Positions 1-9,004 of a stretch of DNA of 64,000 nucleotides are shown here, piece by piece. The position numbers and the translations under genes were made by a program. Within the stretch, counting starts at the first letter, position 1, and each line of letters begins with the position of its first letter. A model generated the notes under the pieces. It had not been told where the DNA came from, did not search any database, and saw only the letters and a list, made by a program, of their open reading frames with translations. The DNA is taken from positions 1,466-65,465 of IMG/VR virus record IMGVR_UViG_3300037264_008235; one strand, given 5' to 3'. This stretch comes from a virus (taxonomy: Duplodnaviria; Caudoviricetes).

Positions 1-2414
1 TGGACACCCTCGCGGCCGAGCTCTTCCCTGAGCTGGTTCCCCTTCTTGATCAGGTCGAACCCGAGCGTGAGCTTGGCGATCGGCGCGATGACCTGCGCGA
101 ACCCGCGCGCGGATTCCTGGGCCGCGTTCAGTAGCCCCGTCGTGATACTGACGGCGACCTGACGGACTACCGGGAGGACGTCCCGGATCGCGACGCGGAT
201 CCGGTCGAAGGCCCGGATCCCGACCGCCTCGACGGACGCGAACGCCTGCTGGGCCGCCGCGCGGAGCGCATCGAACACCAGATCCGGCCGGCCGGCCCGG
301 AGCGCCTTGAAGACGTCCCCGAAGCTGAGCCCGGAGATCTCCTTGAAGACGGCCGAGGCCTTGTTCCCGAACTCGACCACGACGCCGCGGGCCCGGTCGA
401 CGAAGGCGACCACCTCGTCGAACTTCTCCCCGAACGACGTCGCGAACTCCTTGGCGTCCTGGACGTACCCGGGCAGATTCTTGATGAAGTCGGCCACGAA
501 CGAGTCGATCCGGTCGAAGGTCCGGTCGACCAGATCGACGAGCCCGCGCGCGGACGGCTCGACGTTCAGCGTCTCGAGGATCCGAGGGACGGCGCCCTGG
601 ATCGTCGCCGCCAGGCGCGTGAAGAGGCGCTCGATCGGCGCGATCAGCGGCTCCCCGATCTGCTTGAACGAGCCGGTCACAGCCTTGACGAACGAGCCGA
701 AGGCTTCAGAGAGGTTCCCCTCCCGGAACTCGCGGAACGCATCCCGGAGGCTCTTGCCCGTCTTCCCGAACCCCTCCTGGACGTCGTCCAGGATGCCGGG
801 GAGGTTCTGGAGCGCCAGCGCGACGCCGATGAGCTCCTGCCGCTCCCCGAAGATCTCCTTGACGTTGGCCGGCGGGACGGAGGCGAGCTGCTTCAGGATG
901 TCGAGCAGCGGCCGCGCGTTCCCCGCCGCGTCCTTCAGCTCGAGCCCGAGGGTCCGCGCCGCCTCCGCCTCCGCGCGCGTCGGTGAGAGCAGCGTGCCGA
1001 TCGCCTGCTGGAGCGCGCGGAACGCGGTGTTCCGGTCCCCGCCGGCGGCGGAGACGAACACCTGCTGGAGGACCGCGAGCTCCCGGACCGACTGGCCCGC
1101 CGCGCGGCCGGAGGCCTCGAGCCGGCGGAACCCGTTGATCAGCTCGCTCGGCTGGAGGTCGCTGACCCCCTCCAGCGTCCGGAACAGGAAATCCGCGCCG
1201 TCCGCGGCGTCCTTGAACTCCTTGGGGAAGGTCCGGAGCGTACTCGAGAGGAGGCGAGTGCTCGCCCCGACGTCGATCCCGAGGACCTTCGAGAGCTTGA
1301 CCGCCTCCTCGACGATCTGCCGGAAGATGTCGATCCCGACCTTCGCCGGCTGGAACCCGCTGTCCGCCGCCTGGCTGACCGCCCGGAACACCTCGTCCGT
1401 CGGGACGTTGAACCGGACGCTCACGTCCGCGACCAGGCCCGTGAGCTGCCGCCGGAGCTGCGGCGTCACGTTGTTCAGGGAGACCAGCGCGCGGCGGAAC
1501 CCGGACTCGAAGTCCGCGGCGCCCTTGACCGCGAAGGCCAGGAACCCGCCGACCGCCGCCGTGGCCCCGAGCGCGAACTTCGTCGCGAACCCGAGCGCCG
1601 CGCCGAACGCGCGGGACGCGACGTCCACCAGACCGAAGAGGGCGCGGGAGATCAGGTTCACCGCGCCGACCGCGATCGACACGACCGCCTCGAAGGCGGC
1701 CGCGGCCGCGCGCACGATCCCCTCGAAGACGCCCGCCGCGATCCGCGTGAGACCCTGGAGGACCTCCGCGACCGCTCCGACGGCCGTCTTCGCGATCTCG
1801 GCCAGCGCGGTCAGCCCGCCCCCGACGACGCGCCCGAGCCCCTGCCCGATCAGGCCGAGCGCCGGGGTGAAGACGCTCCCGATGATCCCGCCCAGGAGCG
1901 GCGCGATCGCGGAGAGCAGGCGCGCCGCCAGCGGGACGATCCCTCCGACGAGGCGGAGGAGGCCGGAGGCGACGTCCCCGCCCGCCCGGATGACGTTGCC
2001 CCCGAGGTTGGCGACCAGCCTCGTCGCGATGGCGACCGCGGACGCGGCGCCGTTGACCAGCGCGCCGAACGGGCCGCCGGAGGTGTTCAGCCCCCCGAGG
2101 TTCCGCCCGAGGCCCTGGAACGCCTCCTCGAGCCCGCGCGTTATGTCCCGGACCGCCGGGGCGACCGACTCCCGCGCCGCGAGCGAGAGCGCCCGAAACC
2201 CTCCCTGGGCCGCGCGCCCCGCGGCGCCGGCCAGGTTCGGGAACTCGGGGATCCTCGACTGCGCCTTGAGCGCGTCCTGGGTCGCCCGCTGGATGGCGGC
2301 CGCCGTCGACCGGGCCTGGGCCTCGACGCCGCCGAAGAAGGCGCGGAGCGTCCGCCCAGCCTCCTCCGGCTTGTCGACGAGGACCCGGACCAGGACGTCG
2401 AACGGCTCAGCCAT
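1..2414 (-). CDS. Tail tape measure protein, N-terminal part (runs off window)
   Basis: ATG at 2414 (MAEPFDVLVRVLVDKPEEAG...), Ala/Gly-rich helical sequence; directly downstream of tail chaperones; the + ORF 307..2496 is its antisense shadow. Confidence 0.85.
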   Translation of the reverse strand, partial: MAEPFDVLVRVLVDKPEEAGRTLRAFFGGVEAQARSTAAAIQRATQDALKAQSRIPEFPNLAGAAGRAAQGGFRALSLAARESVAPAVRDITRGLEEAFQGLGRNLGGLNTSGGPFGALVNGAASAVAIATRLVANLGGNVIRAGGDVASGLLRLVGGIVPLAARLLSAIAPLLGGIIGSVFTPALGLIGQGLGRVVGGGLTALAEIAKTAVGAVAEVLQGLTRIAAGVFEGIVRAAAAAFEAVVSIAVGAVNLISRALFGLVDVASRAFGAALGFATKFALGATAAVGGFLAFAVKGAADFESGFRRALVSLNNVTPQLRRQLTGLVADVSVRFNVPTDEVFRAVSQAADSGFQPAKVGIDIFRQIVEEAVKLSKVLGIDVGASTRLLSSTLRTFPKEFKDAADGADFLFRTLEGVSDLQPSELINGFRRLEASGRAAGQSVRELAVLQQVFVSAAGGDRNTAFRALQQAIGTLLSPTRAEAEAARTLGLELKDAAGNARPLLDILKQLASVPPANVKEIFGERQELIGVALALQNLPGILDDVQEGFGKTGKSLRDAFREFREGNLSEAFGSFVKAVTGSFKQIGEPLIAPIERLFTRLAATIQGAVPRILETLNVEPSARGLVDLVDRTFDRIDSFVADFIKNLPGYVQDAKEFATSFGEKFDEVVAFVDRARGVVVEFGNKASAVFKEISGLSFGDVFKALRAGRPDLVFDALRAAAQQAFASVEAVGIRAFDRIRVAIRDVLPVVRQVAVSITTGLLNAAQESARGFAQVIAPIAKLTLGFDLIKKGNQLREELGREGV

Positions 2415-2417
2415 CGG

Positions 2418-2723
2418 TCAGTACCCCAGCGCCTCCGCGATCAGCATAAGCAGCGCCACGATCCGCGTACCCGTGACGTCCGCCCGGTCCCCGTAGGCCG
2501 CCTTCGACGCGGCCACGGCCCGCTCGACCGTCTCGGCGACGTGCCTCCGGTACGCGTCCTGCCAGCGGAGCCAGTCGAGCAGCTCCCGACCCGGCCGGTT
2601 CCCGGCCGCCTCGGACGAGATCCCGAGGCGCCGGGCGAACATGACGAGCAGAAGCCCCGCCGGCGCGCCGGAGGCGATCCCCGCGTCGAGCCAGGACCTC
2701 CACTCGTCTTTCCTCAGTTTGGG
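2418..2723 (-). CDS. Tail assembly chaperone -1 frameshift extension (gpT-like)
   Basis: -1 frame after slippery CCCAAAC reads PKLRKDEWRSWLDAG...MFARRLG...ALGY, open to 2418. Confidence 0.75.
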   Translation of the reverse strand, partial: PKLRKDEWRSWLDAGIASGAPAGLLLVMFARRLGISSEAAGNRPGRELLDWLRWQDAYRRHVAETVERAVAASKAAYGDRADVTGTRIVALLMLIAEALGY

Positions 2724-3121
2724 CGCTGCCCTCCGGGCGCGTCGCCCAGAGGAAGCACGTCCGCCGATCCGGCGTCGGGAACGACCGGGTCCGGAGCCGG
2801 GTTGAGGACCGCCGCGACCGCGCCGGCGAGCTGCTGAAGGACCTGGAGCGGGAGGACGTCGACGTTCTCTCTCGAGAACTCGATCGCCTTCCCGTTGTGG
2901 TCGAGGACCCCGTCCCAGCCGACCAGGAGCCGGTGCACGAGCTCGAGCCCGGGCCGGACGAGGTCCGCTCCTTCGGTCGACGCCTGGTCACGGAAGTCCA
3001 GCAGCTCCGTCGCCGTCCAGGAGCGGAACCGGAAAACAGCCTGGTCCTCCGGCTTCGCCCCCTCCGGGAACCTGATCTCGATCGGGGACTCGCGCGTCCC
3101 CACGGGGACTCTGAACGCCAT
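2714..3121 (-). CDS. Tail assembly chaperone (gpG-like)
   Basis: Between tail tube and TMP; LVGWDGVLD..IEFS motif typical of chaperones; ends in slippery site. Confidence 0.75.
   Translation of the reverse strand: MAFRVPVGTRESPIEIRFPEGAKPEDQAVFRFRSWTATELLDFRDQASTEGADLVRPGLELVHRLLVGWDGVLDHNGKAIEFSRENVDVLPLQVLQQLAGAVAAVLNPAPDPVVPDAGSADVLPLGDAPGGQRPN
2717..2723 (-). promoter_or_regulatory. Programmed -1 frameshift heptamer C CCA AAC
   Basis: X XXY YYZ heptamer in phase immediately before the TGA of 2714..3121. Confidence 0.75.
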
Positions 3122-3162
3122 CTTTCTCGCCTCCGAATTAAGGGAAGAAGGTCAGGACCGGG

Positions 3163-5118
3163 TCAAGAGTAGAGAGAGGACTGGGGCACGGCCCAGAGGA
3201 TCGGCTGCACGCCGGTCGTGGCCTCCGCCTCCCAGGCGACCTCCTGGCTGGTGATGTCTCCCGGCCCGCCGGCGAAGGGCGCCGTCGTGACCTGGAAGGA
3301 CGGGACGAAGAGCTCGATCGCGACGCTGTAGATCTGCGTGGACGCCGCCGTCCACGCGTAGAGCGTCCCGTTACCCGCGCCGCGCCCCTGGATCGTGAGG
3401 GCGACCGAGAGCGTGGTGACCGTGATCCCGCTGCCGTCCGCGGTGACCGCGACCGCGCTCCCGCCAACGGTCAGCGAGAGCTGGAAGTCATTCGCCGTGG
3501 CCGCGATCACGTAGTAGGTCGTGTTCGCGGTGAACCCGGCCGGGGGCGCCGCGAGGACCACGGCCTGCCCGTTCACCAGCCCGTGAGCCGTCTTCGTGAA
3601 CAGGTCTCCCACGTCCGTGGCGCTCACGGCCGTCAGGACGAGCTCGGCCGCGATCGCGGCGACGGTGATGACCTCCGCCTTCGCCGGCGTCCCGGACGCG
3701 CGGAGGAGGAGCGTGTCCCCGGCCATCATCCCGCCCGCCCCGCCGACGGACTGGACCCAGGTCTGGGTCCCGGTCCCGTCGCTGGTGATGTCGATCGCGG
3801 CGCCGCCCTTGGTCAGCGCGAGCTTGAACTTGTCGACCGTCCGGTCGCGAACGTAGTAGGTCAGACCCGCGATCAGCGGCGCGGGGAGCGTCGTCGTGGT
3901 CTGGACGGTGACGGCCTGGTCGTTCTGCAGCCCGTGGCTGGTCGACGTCAGGAAGTCGTCCGTCGCGAACGCCGTGGTGAACACGCCCGACCCGGCGGTC
4001 TGCCGGAGCGGGAGGAACATCGTCGTCGCGCCGGCGGCGAGGTTGTTCACGGTGCTCAGAAGCCGGCTGGTCCGGTGGAACCCGCAGACGCGGAGCCGGC
4101 CAACCGTCTGGTTCCGGATCATCGAGAGGTAGCGGGTGTTCGTCGGGTTGATCCGGAACGTCCCGCTGACCCGCTGGATCCCCGCGGCGAGACCGGTGAC
4201 CAGCGACTTCATGCGGCCGGCGTCGGTCGGGCTCCCGTCGACGTCGACCTCCCGGCCCTGCTGCTGGAGCGCCTGGTCGACCACGATCGTGAACGCGAGC
4301 GCGGAGCTCACGAGCGAGTCCGCCGGCGCCGGCGCCGTGTCGTCCCGCGCCTCGAAATAGGCGGTCAGGAACGTGAACCCCTTCGCGGCCGGGAGGACCG
4401 GAGCAGCCGGCGTCGCGGGGTTCGCGACCTCGCTGTCCTTCTGCGCGCGCCAGTCGACCGCGCAGAGGATGTCCGGGTTCCCGCCCCCCCGCTCCGCGCT
4501 GAAGGTTACCCGGCCCGCCTTCGCTCCCACGTTGAGGAGCGTCGTGTCCGTTCCCATCCCCGAGAAGTGCTTGATCGCGAACGAGTCCGTCTCGGAGTTG
4601 GTCCGGCGGAGGATCGCGTCGATCACCGGCGCCGAGTTGTCCGGGTAGAGGATCACCCGGATCGTCCCCTGTACGTTGTACTCGGTCGCGAGCCGCTCCG
4701 GCGCCTCGAGGCTCCCGACCTGGCGAACGACCTCGGTGAACGACGGCTGAGGGTAGAGCCCGAACCCGTCGTTCTCGACGCAGAGGACGATCGGGTCCGG
4801 CGTGACCGTGTTGGGCGGCGTCCCGACCGACGCCATCGCGATCGCGGTCCCGCCCTTCGTCGCCGCGACCGTGAACGTGTCCGCGTCCACGACGGAGACG
4901 ACGTAGTAGCGGGTCCCGCCCGTCAGGGCCGCGGGGAGCCCGCCGCCGGCGGTGAAGATCACGCCGCGCCCGGCCCGGAGCCCGTGCCCGACGACGACCA
5001 CGTTCGGGCTGCCGCCGCCCGTGAACGTGACCGAGATCGGGTCGAAACCGCGCCCGTCCCCGTAGAGCGACTCCTTCGTCCCGCCCATGGTGGTGAAACG
5101 TCCGAAACCGGAAGGCAT
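3163..5118 (-). CDS. Major tail (tube) protein with three inserted beta-rich modules
   Basis: Gene order; tube-like segments (VQGTIRVILYP, VSGTFRI, IELFVPSFQVT); three HGL..YYV..GG modules. Confidence 0.75.
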   Translation of the reverse strand: MPSGFGRFTTMGGTKESLYGDGRGFDPISVTFTGGGSPNVVVVGHGLRAGRGVIFTAGGGLPAALTGGTRYYVVSVVDADTFTVAATKGGTAIAMASVGTPPNTVTPDPIVLCVENDGFGLYPQPSFTEVVRQVGSLEAPERLATEYNVQGTIRVILYPDNSAPVIDAILRRTNSETDSFAIKHFSGMGTDTTLLNVGAKAGRVTFSAERGGGNPDILCAVDWRAQKDSEVANPATPAAPVLPAAKGFTFLTAYFEARDDTAPAPADSLVSSALAFTIVVDQALQQQGREVDVDGSPTDAGRMKSLVTGLAAGIQRVSGTFRINPTNTRYLSMIRNQTVGRLRVCGFHRTSRLLSTVNNLAAGATTMFLPLRQTAGSGVFTTAFATDDFLTSTSHGLQNDQAVTVQTTTTLPAPLIAGLTYYVRDRTVDKFKLALTKGGAAIDITSDGTGTQTWVQSVGGAGGMMAGDTLLLRASGTPAKAEVITVAAIAAELVLTAVSATDVGDLFTKTAHGLVNGQAVVLAAPPAGFTANTTYYVIAATANDFQLSLTVGGSAVAVTADGSGITVTTLSVALTIQGRGAGNGTLYAWTAASTQIYSVAIELFVPSFQVTTAPFAGGPGDITSQEVAWEAEATTGVQPILWAVPQSSLYS

Positions 5119-5130
5119 CTCGTCTTCCTC

Positions 5131-5613
5131 CTACGTGTTCTGCTCGAAAGTGATCTCGAGGAGGAGCTGGAACTCGGGCCAGTCGTCCTCTTTTCCCTGC
5201 GTCCCGGTATTCAGTTCCATCGACGGGATCGCCTTGATGGTGGGCGAGGGCCCAGACTCGAAACTCCGGATCGCCCGCGCGACCGCCTCCGCGTACTGGT
5301 GGAGCAGGTCGTCGCTGAAGTCGTCGAGGGAGGGCGAGATCGAGCCGACGACCAGGATCCGCATCGGGCGCCAGAGCGTCCCGCCCACGATCCCGCCCTC
5401 GGCCATCCGGCTCCCCGCGTGCCGGAGCTCGATCCGGATGTCCGGCGCCGCCTGGTCGTCCTCCGGGGTCGGCTTGTCCGTCGGCCGCCGGATCGAGAGC
5501 CCGTCCGGCCAGGCGGTCAGCCCGAACTCGTCCACGAACGCCTTGACCGGCCCGGTCGAGGAGAGGATCAGATCGACCAGCTCGTTGATGACGGTCGTCA
5601 GCGTACTAGCCAC
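5131..5613 (-). CDS. Tail terminator/completion-like protein
   Basis: 160 aa acidic protein immediately upstream of tail tube gene. Confidence 0.5.
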   Translation of the reverse strand: MASTLTTVINELVDLILSSTGPVKAFVDEFGLTAWPDGLSIRRPTDKPTPEDDQAAPDIRIELRHAGSRMAEGGIVGGTLWRPMRILVVGSISPSLDDFSDDLLHQYAEAVARAIRSFESGPSPTIKAIPSMELNTGTQGKEDDWPEFQLLLEITFEQNT

Positions 5614-6103
5614 GACGGAGCTTTCCCTTCGCGTGGCGCGCGTACGTCTGGGCCAGCTCGCGCTCGAGCCGCGGGCCGTCGAAGACAGGACGCGCCGGCT
5701 GGCTCCCGTCCTTCCGCCCCCCGTGGAAGACCAGCAGCGGGACGTAGCGCGTGGTCAGCCGGATACCGTTCTTCGTGTCCTCGTCGCGCGTGAGCGGCCC
5801 GCGCCCGGTCGCGTTCTCCAGCAACTCTCCCGTCCAGACCCCGATGAGGCTGGTCGTGATGGGCGGGAGCGCGTAGCGCCCGCTCCGGCGCCTCCGCGCG
5901 TCGCGCGTGGACTTCGCGAGCGGCGCGTACCCGCCGCCGCCCTGCGTGACGAATACCTGCCGCCGGATGTGGGTGTTCCTCGTCTTCCGGAGCGCGTCCC
6001 GCAACTCCTGCGTCGCGGCGAGCGCGTCGCGGAACTTCTCTCCGGCGCGCGCGATCTGGGCGCGGGACGGGAGCTTGACCTCGAGACGGAGCAGGCCCGG
6101 CAC
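5606..6103 (-). CDS. Virion morphogenesis / neck protein (Mu gpG-like)
   Basis: Basic; YAPLAKST, GVWTGELL, YVPLLVFHGG..QPARP motifs; GTG start with GGAGG RBS. Confidence 0.6.
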   Translation of the reverse strand: MPGLLRLEVKLPSRAQIARAGEKFRDALAATQELRDALRKTRNTHIRRQVFVTQGGGGYAPLAKSTRDARRRRSGRYALPPITTSLIGVWTGELLENATGRGPLTRDEDTKNGIRLTTRYVPLLVFHGGRKDGSQPARPVFDGPRLERELAQTYARHAKGKLRRG

Positions 6104-6104
6104 G

Positions 6105-6776
6105 TCAGACCTCCGACGCGCACGTCGGCGCGCCCGTCCCAAGCTTCATCTGCGCGGACCCGTCGTCCAGGACCAGGAACGGCGCCGCCTCGCACTCCTC
6201 GATCCGCGCCTCGCCGGACTCCTCGAACTTCTTGGCCGCCTCCGCGACGCCCTTCTCCTTCTTCGCCGCGCGCGAGTAGCTGATCTGGAGCACGGCCGCG
6301 GACGCGAGCAGCTCAGCCGCGTCCCGGACTGTCGTCGGCGTCTCCGCCGCGGTCGTCCAGAGCGCGCGCTCGATCACCAGATCGCCCTCCCCTTCCGCCG
6401 TGAGGTCGATCGCGCCGCCGTTGGCGGTCGCCGCGAGCCGGATCGTGTCCTTGTCCACCGGGATCGCGTAGTAGACGGTCCCGGCGACCAGCGGCGCCGG
6501 CATGGTCACGTTCGAGCGGAGGCGGACCTTGTCGTTGAGCGCGAGCCCGTGACCGCGGACGTCCAGCTCGTCCAGGAGCGCGTCGACGTCCAGTTCCGCG
6601 TCGATCTCGAAGACGCGGCTGTAGAGCCCCGCGAGCCGCTGCCGGACGCGGGACTCCGCCTTGGTCTCCTCGACGTCCACCTCGGCCTGCGTGACCCCGT
6701 CCTGGACGGTCGCGTGGAACTTCCCCACGCTCTTGAGGTACCCGGTCGCGGCGACGAGGTCGATGAACTGGCCCAC
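6105..6776 (-). CDS. Head-tail adaptor with one inserted module
   Basis: Position after capsid genes; helical ends interrupted by HGLALND..YYAIPV..GGAIDLT module. Confidence 0.6.
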   Translation of the reverse strand: MGQFIDLVAATGYLKSVGKFHATVQDGVTQAEVDVEETKAESRVRQRLAGLYSRVFEIDAELDVDALLDELDVRGHGLALNDKVRLRSNVTMPAPLVAGTVYYAIPVDKDTIRLAATANGGAIDLTAEGEGDLVIERALWTTAAETPTTVRDAAELLASAAVLQISYSRAAKKEKGVAEAAKKFEESGEARIEECEAAPFLVLDDGSAQMKLGTGAPTCASEV

Positions 6777-6957
6777 TTACTCCCGCTCCGTCTCCGTCTT
6801 CGTTCCGCCCTCACGGGGCGTCCCGCCCTGCGGTCAGGGCGGGAGCCCTTTCGCTCTCCGTTCCTCGCACGTGAGGCGCCGGATCACCCGGTAGCGCCGG
6901 AGGAGGTCCTCCCCCGCCAGCTCCGCCCGGAGATCCGGCGCCGCCACGCGCGGCCGC

Positions 6958-7446
6958 CTACTGGGCGACTCCGACGCGGGCGAGCCCGTAGAGCTCGTCC
7001 GCCTGCCCGCTCGGGTGCTGGATCAGGTCGGAGATGATCCAGGTGCCCGATACGAGGTAGTCCTGGACCGCCGCCACGAACACGATGCGGATGGCCTTGT
7101 AGGTCTCCGCGTTGACGTCCGCGAGGTTGATCGACCCGATCAGCGCCCCGTTCTCGATCGCGCCCCCCGAATCGGCCAGCCGGGCGACCGGGAACTGGAG
7201 GTCGTTCGTGCCGCCTCCGTCCTTGAGCGCCTCCCAGTTCCCGTCGGACCTCTTCTGGCCCTCCACCTTGCAGGTCGCCGTCGCGGAGGCCCCGACGGCT
7301 CCGCCCTGGAGGAGCACCGACGCCTGGCGCCCGATGTCCCAGGGCTCGCTGAGCGTCGCTCCGGTCCCGGTACCCGCGGCCGCGACCGTCTGGGTCGCCA
7401 GCGCGGTCGCGACCACGACGTGCTGACTGAGGACGTTGCCCTTCAT
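6958..7446 (-). CDS. Capsid decoration/cement-like protein
   Basis: Beta-rich 162 aa protein directly downstream of capsid gene. Confidence 0.5.
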   Translation of the reverse strand: MKGNVLSQHVVVATALATQTVAAAGTGTGATLSEPWDIGRQASVLLQGGAVGASATATCKVEGQKRSDGNWEALKDGGGTNDLQFPVARLADSGGAIENGALIGSINLADVNAETYKAIRIVFVAAVQDYLVSGTWIISDLIQHPSGQADELYGLARVGVAQ

Positions 7447-7500
7447 CTTCTGAACTCCGTTCGTGCTCTCTCGAGCGGTTTCTTTTCTCTTTCCCGATCG

Positions 7501-7528
7501 CCCGGCCGGGGACCGTTCCCCGGCCGGG
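7501..7528. other. 12-bp GC hairpin between capsid and decoration genes
   Basis: CCCGGCCGGGGA-ccgt-TCCCCGGCCGGG; no U-tract follows on the coding strand. Confidence 0.5.
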
Positions 7529-7559
7529 CCTATGACGTTCCGAGCGGCCCGCCAGCCGC

Positions 7560-8990
7560 CTACGGGGTGATCTGGATGTCCGGGCAGACGACGACCCCGC
7601 GGGGCTGACGCACGCCGACGTCGCAGAACATCTGCGCCTTGACGTAGGTCTGGCCCTTCGCGAAACCGACGCCCATCCCGCCGTCGTCGCTGATCCCGAT
7701 CCCGGCCCAGATGCCGAGGAGGACCTCCGACCAGTTCCCGAAGAACAGGTCGCCGAACTTGGACGCGCCGGCCGACTGCGGAGCGCCGACCGAGGCGCCC
7801 GGGACGTTCGCCCGCGGGATCTGGTTCGACGCGCCGAAGGGCCCGATCACCGACGCGAGCCCCTCGTCCGTGATGATCGGAGGGCCGGTCACGAAGGCGC
7901 GCCCGTCGCCGGCCGGCTGGGACCCGTAGGCCTCGACCTTGAGCTGCCGGAGCTGGGTGAAGGTCCGCCCCGCGCCGATGAACGCGGAGCCCGCCTCGAT
8001 GTCGACGTCGTTCTCCTCGAGCACGAGCCTCATGTCGGAGAGGACGTCGAACGTGACCGACGCCCCGTTCCAGTCCGCCTGGAACGGCGCCGACCCGAGC
8101 GCGGCCACGCCGAGCTCGCCGGAGCCGCGGGACTGCGCCGAGTAGACGTGGATCCCCTGCCCGGTCTGCCCGCCGCCGCCGCGCGTGTGCACGACGCCGC
8201 GCGGCTGCCCGCCCCCGCCGGTCCCGTAGAGGACCGCGTAGTCGAGCTTCTTCGCGATCGCCCGGGCCATGTCGGTCCGGAGGAGCGCGTCGATGCCCGG
8301 CATCGCGAGCAGCTTGAGCGCGTCGGTCATCCGGAACAGGACGCCGATCTTGTGCGGCATCAGGGAGACGTCGCCGAACTTCGCGACGCTCTCCGTGATC
8401 GCGTCCTCCTCGCCCGGCCAGTAGGCGAGCAGCCCGCCGTAGAAGCGCGGGATCTTCACCTCGGCGCCGGCCAGGTTCGGGATGACCCGGACCCGCTGCT
8501 GCCCCTCCCCAACCAGGTTGATCATCACCGACCGCGTGTAGATCGCGGGCACGATGTCGGAGAGGACCTGGATCGGGATCATGAACCCGCCGTACTTGTC
8601 GTCCCCGGCGGACTGCGCGGCCGCGCGCATGACCTCGTACTCGTGGGAGCAGTCGGCCTTGCCGTTGGTCTCGCGCTTGATGAAGTCCACGCCGTACTTC
8701 GACACGAGGAAGGCCTTGTGCAGGGAGAACGGCGCGTCTTCCATCCCCGGCAAGAAGCCGGGACCCGAGCTCCGCTTCACGAGTTTCTGGATCGCCTCCT
8801 GCTGCGCGCGGATCTTCTCCAGTTCCTCGATCGTCTTCTTCCCGTCGACGGCCCGCCCCTCCTCGAGCTTCGCGAGGCGGTCGAGCGTCTTGTCGAACGC
8901 GCCTCCCGCGCCGAGGAACCCTTCCAGCCGCGTCAGGAACTGCGCGGTCTGGACGGGATCGAGCACCGCCGATCCGTTGGTTTCGCCCAT
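7560..8990 (-). CDS. Major capsid protein, HK97 fold
   Basis: GGFMIP, AYWPGEEDAITES, FGDVSLMPHK, LDYAVLYGTG..QPRG, FFGNWS, DVGVRQP motifs. Confidence 0.93.
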   Translation of the reverse strand: MGETNGSAVLDPVQTAQFLTRLEGFLGAGGAFDKTLDRLAKLEEGRAVDGKKTIEELEKIRAQQEAIQKLVKRSSGPGFLPGMEDAPFSLHKAFLVSKYGVDFIKRETNGKADCSHEYEVMRAAAQSAGDDKYGGFMIPIQVLSDIVPAIYTRSVMINLVGEGQQRVRVIPNLAGAEVKIPRFYGGLLAYWPGEEDAITESVAKFGDVSLMPHKIGVLFRMTDALKLLAMPGIDALLRTDMARAIAKKLDYAVLYGTGGGGQPRGVVHTRGGGGQTGQGIHVYSAQSRGSGELGVAALGSAPFQADWNGASVTFDVLSDMRLVLEENDVDIEAGSAFIGAGRTFTQLRQLKVEAYGSQPAGDGRAFVTGPPIITDEGLASVIGPFGASNQIPRANVPGASVGAPQSAGASKFGDLFFGNWSEVLLGIWAGIGISDDGGMGVGFAKGQTYVKAQMFCDVGVRQPRGVVVCPDIQITP

Positions 8991-9004
8991 CTGATCCTCC
9001 TGGC

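Noticed and set aside
307-2496. Long + strand ORFs opposite structural genes (also 3583-5793, 13819-16140, 53029-54909, 57647-60379)
   Set aside because: Antisense shadows caused by high GC; low-complexity Arg/Pro/Ser translations with no motifs
7480-7530. Intrinsic terminator after the capsid gene
   Set aside because: On the coding strand the hairpin is followed by an A-rich, not U-rich, tract; kept only as a hairpin
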